Assembly: GCF_964355755.1 (NCBI RefSeq)
Contig: NC_092670.1
Span: forward strand, 37,684,388 to 37,748,387
Origin: Antedon mediterranea
Lineage: Eukaryota > Animalia > Echinodermata
Length of the DNA stretch: 64,000 nt
Reading direction: 5' to 3'
Of this stretch, positions 61,602 through 64,000 are shown in pieces (the first letter of the stretch is position 1; each line of letters begins with the position of its first letter). The position numbers were made by a program, and so were the translations under genes. Below the pieces are notes generated by a model. That model made no database searches and was not told the DNA's origin. It saw only the letters and a list, made by a program, of their open reading frames with translations.

Positions 61602-63100
61602 TACATTCCCCCTTTATCACCAGCTGCGGTTGCTTCTTTATTTAGAAATTGTATAAGACGACAATATAACAATGACATAATATATACTATAAATGTAATG
61701 ACACCGACTATACCACCCACTTTCTTTCCTATACCCATAGTACCGTCCTAGTCTCCTTTATTAAGTAGATGATTATGTCACCAATAATAATACTTAATGG
61801 ATTAATTAAGCCAGTTTAGTCATCATGAAAATAAGTTTTTGTGTGTGAATAGGTTTAACGACCTTGTACTTTTTCCCCCAAATTCTTAATGTTTTACCTG
61901 TTTTGACCAGAAAATTATCTTATGACCGTTTCTGTATTTTATTTTATTGATTTAAACTTTATGGTGAATTCGACATCGCACAAGGTAGGCCTACAATGAC
62001 GTAACGGCTATGAGCGCTCACTAGCTAAACGCATGGGCCACGGAGCTTATGAAGGCTCAGGGGAAGAGTCAATTGAGAGGGGAAAAACAGGCATTTTGTA
62101 ATAATTATGTCGAAAAGGCTAAAACGGCCCACAGCGTTGGAGGGCCACTTAGGGTTCCTAAACCTGGAGCCTCAAGCGTTATGCCACTGGCACAAGGATG
62201 AGTTTAACGCTTTGTTCCCCAGCAGAGCAACAACGTAAGGCCAATTTACACAGACGAGCGGTAACGGTAAGTGGAGAAAATCGCGTAGCGTGTCCAATGT
62301 AGAATCTGTATCTATCCTGCTGATCTATCATCGCGTTGTGTGTAAATGGTCATAAAGCGTGGTTCCCACCTAGAACCCAACGCAGCGACGTATTGTGACG
62401 CAAAGTGACGTATTGTGACGCAAAATGATGTATTGCGTAATCACAAGTGGGAACCAACGACGCAACAATGCTGCAAAAATCGCAGGTTTGATTTCACGCA
62501 GGCGGGGGGCAAACACAATTATTGGAAGGATATTTTCTGACGTTGTGTAGGTTGCGTTAGGTTGCGTCGCTAGTGGGAATCAAGCTTTAGGAATAACATA
62601 GATTCTATATTTTTATTACCGTTACTTACCGCTCGTCTGTGTAAATTCGCCTTTAGGCACAACGCAATTGAAGTTGACCAGTGATTGTGATTTAAATTCC
62701 TAGACGCAACGCAATGATGTACATGGTAAAGCTTGGTTCCCACTAGAACGTAACGCAAGGACGTAAACTGATTGGTCAATTCACTTGCGTTGTGTTACGT
62801 CCTTGTGTTGCGTCGCTAGTGGGAACCACGCTTTAAAATGATCATGGTACCGTAAAATGTTAATACAGTGTCATTTACTCTCAATAGATGCGGGTCACAT
62901 GTATTGTTTCATTCTGTGGATTAGATGAAGAGGATAACTGCAGGCAATGTACGGACACTGCCATTACTGGTAACACTGAAGAGAGAGGTCGCAGAAGCAT
63001 CCCTGGGGATGGCTTCAGAGGTCACAGAAGCATCCCTGGGGATGACGTCAGAGGTCGCAGAGGCAGCCAAAGACTTGCAAAAGTCTACTTAAATATTTAA
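44788..63100 (+). CDS. Secreted mosaic ZP-domain protein (signal peptide, SHYRGG/Sib-like domain, Ig-like domains, ZP-N/ZP-C, furin site); 15 exons, 3' end uncertain
   Basis: Phase-consistent exons; ZP motifs VVCDPDEMSIFI, LHDPNC, THF..R.RFEECG, DNGCP, RFSLDAFTF, VTCIVSFC, RGRRS. Confidence 0.88.
45189..45448 (+). CDS. ZP gene exon 2 (SWRVSWRR...CTDFS...EDWTTG)
   Basis: taaag / gtaagt. Confidence 0.85.
46106..46299 (+). CDS. ZP gene exon 3 (NWIRL...NSSPATTMLPIIRVQAGC)
   Basis: tatag / gtaagt, phase 2 to 1. Confidence 0.85.
46468..46598 (+). CDS. ZP gene exon 4 (DADKDVVRCRWA...EC)
   Basis: tatag / gtaagc. Confidence 0.87.
46665..46982. repeat. (GAT/GAC)n microsatellite
   Basis: Directly visible, intronic. 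Confidence 0.95.
47006..47153 (+). CDS. ZP gene exon 5 (IEDF...PLSMIPLQFL)
   Basis: tttag / gtaatt. Confidence 0.87.
47511..47619 (+). CDS. ZP gene exon 6
   Basis: tttag / gttagt, phase 1 to 2. Confidence 0.8.
48564..48719 (+). CDS. ZP gene exon 7 (PLGM...LNWTP...VCYYASDNNG)
   Basis: ataag / gtaaaa. Confidence 0.83.
50313..50353 (+). CDS. ZP gene exon 8 (VSSEQSCFKVVV)
   Basis: tatag / gtatgt; completes the Ig-like domain. Confidence 0.78.
51783..51898 (+). CDS. ZP gene exon 9
   Basis: tgtag / gtaagt. Confidence 0.8.
52245..52434. mobile_element. Harbinger-like MITE (CAATTTACACAGACGAGCGG TIRs)
   Basis: Second copy at 62238-62654 carries a nested AGCGTGGTTCCCAC MITE. Confidence 0.7.
52704..52971 (+). 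CDS. ZP gene exon 10 (…IELEEGAVV…WLFKT, SbsA/Big_5-like Ig)
   Basis: aacag / gtagca. Confidence 0.82.
52980..54056. mobile_element. hAT-like non-autonomous element
   Basis: cagggccgtagtcagg ... cctggctacgggcctg ends with G-rich subtermini. Confidence 0.65.
54063..54283. mobile_element. hAT-like MITE (CAGTGGCGTAAC ends)
   Basis: Related copy at 61994-62189. Confidence 0.65.
54335..54534 (+). CDS. ZP gene exon 11 (ZP-N)
   Basis: tccag / gtaaat; ZP-N cysteines. Confidence 0.9.
54947..55051 (+). CDS. ZP gene exon 12
   Basis: ttcag / gtgagt. Confidence 0.85.
55499..55794 (+). CDS. ZP gene exon 13 (ZP-C start)
   Basis: tttag / gtatga; MALY..., VEKCKA, FLDNG. Confidence 0.9.
56984..57089 (+). 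CDS. ZP gene exon 14 (CP...RFSLDAFTF)
   Basis: tacag / gtaagt. Confidence 0.9.
57109..57290. mobile_element. Small TIR element
   Basis: tatgggcggccatta...ccataata / tattatggccataatggccgcccata. Confidence 0.6.
59467..60787 (-). mobile_element. hAT element carrying a decayed transposase C-terminal dimerization domain
   Basis: TIRs caggggcgcagccag / ctggctgcgcccctg; minus strand DVFPNVRALLLIA..MPVTS and NHMSYEQLLGLCLMNIH. Confidence 0.8.
61562..61601. repeat. (AAT)n microsatellite
   Basis: Directly visible. Confidence 0.95.
62888..63100 (+). CDS. ZP gene exon 15 (VTCIVSFC...C..C, RGRRS repeats)
   Basis: aatag acceptor, phase 0; it is unclear whether the exon ends at the stop at 63100 or at an earlier donor. 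Confidence 0.75.
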   Translation: MRVTCIVSFCGLDEEDNCRQCTDTAITGNTEERGRRSIPGDGFRGHRSIPGDDVRGRRGSQRLAKVYLNI

Positions 63101-64000
63101 TTTACAAGTAGATTTTAATGAATATCGAATTATGTTAATATTATTCGTATAGCCTTAAACGTATTAGCAGGGATGTATACCTCCTCCCTGATATTAGAAT
63201 ACTAGACGCGATGGATTATTTGAACTGTCACTTGTCATTGGTCAACACGCTTGCATTGCGTTTACGTCCTTGCGTTACGTCCTAAAGCGTGGTTCCCACT
63301 AGCAACGCAACGCAAGGACGTAACGCAACGCAAGTGAATTGACCAATCACAAGCGATGGCTTATTCGCTTGTGATTGCTAACTGTCTATAACTTCGCTTG
63401 TCATTGGTTAAAACGCTTGCGTTGCCTTTACGTCCTTGCGTTACGTTCTAGTGGGTACCAGGCTTTTGTGAGTAGGATGCAAAATAGACTGTAACACATT
63501 AAATCACCGGTGGATTGAAGTGTCAGTATGCCTATAAGTGAATTACCTATCTCGAGGATCATCAGTCGCCCCCACACCACCAAATGCTAATATTTATTGA
63601 TGATATCATTATATCTCTTTATTGATTGATTGATTATTGATTATTGATTGATTGTTGTTGATTATATCTCTTTATTGATTGATTGTTATTAATTGATATT
63701 ATATGATATCTGTTTATGTAGCATCTCTCTTTTCGCCCTCAAAATCGTAACCCAACTACCGACTAGTTAGCACGTAAACGGAACAGCAGCAAGCTAAGTG
63801 TAAACTTTTTTATTAATACAAAATCAGTTTAATATGCACTATAATGTTATATATAGGCCTACAATTGATTGGACAAAGTATCAGTTCAATCAAATTGATT
63901 CTTTGCAATATTATAATTATTAACAAAAAGGTTATTTTCCATAAAAATGAACATAGGCCATTTTTTTAAATAGTTATGTCCACATGTATTTCAGTTGGTT

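Noticed and set aside
1-64000. Prokaryotic operons, defence systems or CRISPR arrays
   Set aside because: The DNA is spliceosomal-intron-rich animal sequence; there are no long intronless ORFs and no repeat-spacer arrays.

Overview
This is AT-rich, intron-containing animal genomic DNA. The TE landscape and gene content suggest a marine invertebrate, plausibly a deuterostome such as an echinoderm (inference). Three spliced + strand genes can be assembled by hand from GT-AG sites with matching phases. (1) A laminin-binding-clade integrin alpha (ITGA3/6/7, PS1 type) at 4640-19790; its first exon(s) lie upstream of the window, and it has two alternative GFFER cytoplasmic-tail exons. (2) A 4-exon, 187-aa secreted-protein gene at 31289-35011 that the ORF track shows only as disconnected pieces. 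It has intron phases 1-0-0, amphipathic segments, a CRE/ETS/ISRE-like TATA promoter and an AU-rich 3' region, making it a candidate long-chain helical (IL-6/Unpaired-like) cytokine. (3) A 15-exon mosaic secreted protein at 44788-63100: an SHYRGG N-terminal domain, Ig-like domains, a ZP module and a triplicated furin site. The rest is minisatellites, Harbinger/Kolobok/hAT/pogo-type non-autonomous elements, tRNA-derived SINEs, LINE remnants and a decayed Ginger-like integrase with an OTU domain. The palindrome TAGGCCTA is strongly over-represented. All coordinates were read by eye and no database searches were run.
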